Source of the DNA: Laetmonice hystrix
Lineage: Eukaryota
Assembly (NCBI GenBank): GCA_965235115.1
Contig: OZ249451.1
Coordinates: 10,292,001-10,356,000 of the forward strand
Direction of reading: 5' to 3'
Length of the DNA: 64,000 nt
The notes under the pieces were generated by a model that saw only the letters and a program-made list of their open reading frames with translations, was not told the DNA's origin and ran no database searches. Shown in pieces: positions 62,517 through 64,000 of this stretch; within the stretch, counting starts at the first letter, position 1, and every line of letters starts with the position of its first letter. The position numbers and the translations under genes were made by a program.

Positions 62517-64000
62517 CCTTGTTTGATAGCCTGTGTGTGGATCTCTGTGTGTCAGCAGTTCACGAGTGGAGATAGGAAGTGTTTGATAGCCTGTGTGTGG
62601 ATCTCTGTGTGTCATTCACGAGTGGAGATAGGAAGTGTTTGATAGCCTGTGTGTGGATCTCTGTGTGTCAGTAGTTCACGAGTGGAGATAGGAAGTGTTT
62701 GATAGCCTGTGTTTGGATCTCTGTGTGTCAGCAGTTCACGAGTGGAGATAGGAAGTGTTTGATAGCCTGTGTGTGGATCTCTGTGTGTCAGTAGTTCACG
62801 AGTGGAGATAGGAAGTGTTTGATAGCCTGTGTGTGGATCTCTGTGTGGCAGCAGTTCACGAGTGGAGATAGGAAGTGTTTGATAGCCTGTGTGTGGATCT
62901 CTGTGTGGCAGCAGTTCACGAGTGGAGATAGGAAGTGTTTGATAGCCTGTGTGTGGATCTCTGTGTGGCAGCAGTTCACGAGTGGAGATAGGAAGTGTTT
63001 GGTAGCCTGTGTGTGGATCTCTGTGTGTCAGCAGTTCACGAGTGGAGATAGGAAGTGTTTGATAGCCTGTGTGTGGATCTCTGTGTGTAAGTAGTTCACG
63101 AGTGGAGATAGGAAGTGTTTGGTAGCCTGTGTGAGGATCTCTGTGTGTCAGTAGTTCACGAGTGGAGATAGGAAGTGTTTGATAGCCTGTGTGTGGATCT
63201 CTGTGTGTCATTCACGAGTGGAGATAGGAAGTGTTTGATAGCCTGTGTGTGGATCTCTGTGTGTCAGTAGTTCACGAGTGGAGATAGGAAGTGTTTGATA
63301 GCCTGTGTGTGGATCTCTGTGTGTCAGCAGTTCACGAGTGGAGATAGGAAGTGTTTGGTAGCCTGTGTGTGGATCTCTGTGTGTCAGCAGTTCACGAGTG
63401 GAGATAGGAAGTGTTTGATAGCCTGTGTGTGGATCTCTGTGTGTCAGCAGTTCACGAGTGGAGATAGGAAGTGTTTGATAGCCTGTGTGTGGATCTCTGT
63501 GTGTCAGTAGTTCACGAGTGGAGAAGGAATTGTTTGATAGCCTGTGTGTGGATCTCTGTGTGTCATTCACGAGTGGAGATAGGAAGTGTTTGATAGCCTG
63601 TGTTCGGATCTCTGTGTGTCAGCAGTTCACGAGTGGAGATAGGAAGTGTTTGATAGCCTGTGTGAGGATCTCTGTGTGTCAGCAGTTCACGAGTGGAGAT
63701 AGGAAGTGTTTGATAGCCTGTGTGTGGATCTCTGTGTGTCAGCAGTTCACGAGTGGAGATAGGAAGTGTTTGATAGCCTGTGTGTGGATCTCTGTGTGTC
63801 AGCAGTTCACGAGTGGAGATAGGAAGTGTTTGATAGCCTGTGTGTGGATCTCTGTGTGTCAGCAGTTCACGAGTGGAGATAGGAAGTGTTTGATAGCCTG
63901 TGTGTGGATGTGTGTCAGCAGTTCACGAGTGGAGATAGGAAGTGTTTGGTAGCCTGTGTGTGGATCTCTGTGTGTCAGCACTTCACGAGTGGAGATAGGA
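62517..64000. repeat. 60-bp satellite/minisatellite array running off the window end (~25 units, some shortened)
   Basis: Unit gaagtgtttgatagcctgtgtgtggatctctgtgtgtcagcagttcacgagtggagatag. Confidence 0.97.

Overview
Eukaryotic (intron-containing) DNA from a marine invertebrate animal, probably a lophotrochozoan (inference from gene content). There are no prokaryotic features and no CRISPR. Two assembly gaps are present (8427-8816, 36065-36196). Splicing the sequence by hand recovers ten multi-exon genes: (1) a leaderless protein whose C-terminal half resembles an interleukin-1-family beta-trefoil in sequence pattern and intron phases (1385-5472, -); (2) a small secreted EGF-repeat gene with a disrupted second EGF; (3) a CARD-NACHT NOD-like receptor, ~1014 aa; (4) a secreted S1A serine protease; (5) a MIF/D-dopachrome tautomerase-like cytokine; (6) FRRS1 (reeler-DOMON-cytochrome b561), 13 coding exons; (7) a single-barrel cobalamin-independent methionine synthase (MetE-like); (8-10) three tandem MFSD4-like MFS transporters, the middle one split by a single nonsense codon in its central loop. 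The intergenic DNA is rich in MITEs, a tRNA-derived SINE, Tc1 and L1/Tx1 remnants and minisatellites, and ends in a 60-bp satellite. The most interesting candidate is the IL-1-like gene lying within about 30 kb of a CARD-NLR and a MIF-like gene, a possible invertebrate inflammasome-like/cytokine neighbourhood. This is a hypothesis from manual alignment and has not been confirmed by any search.
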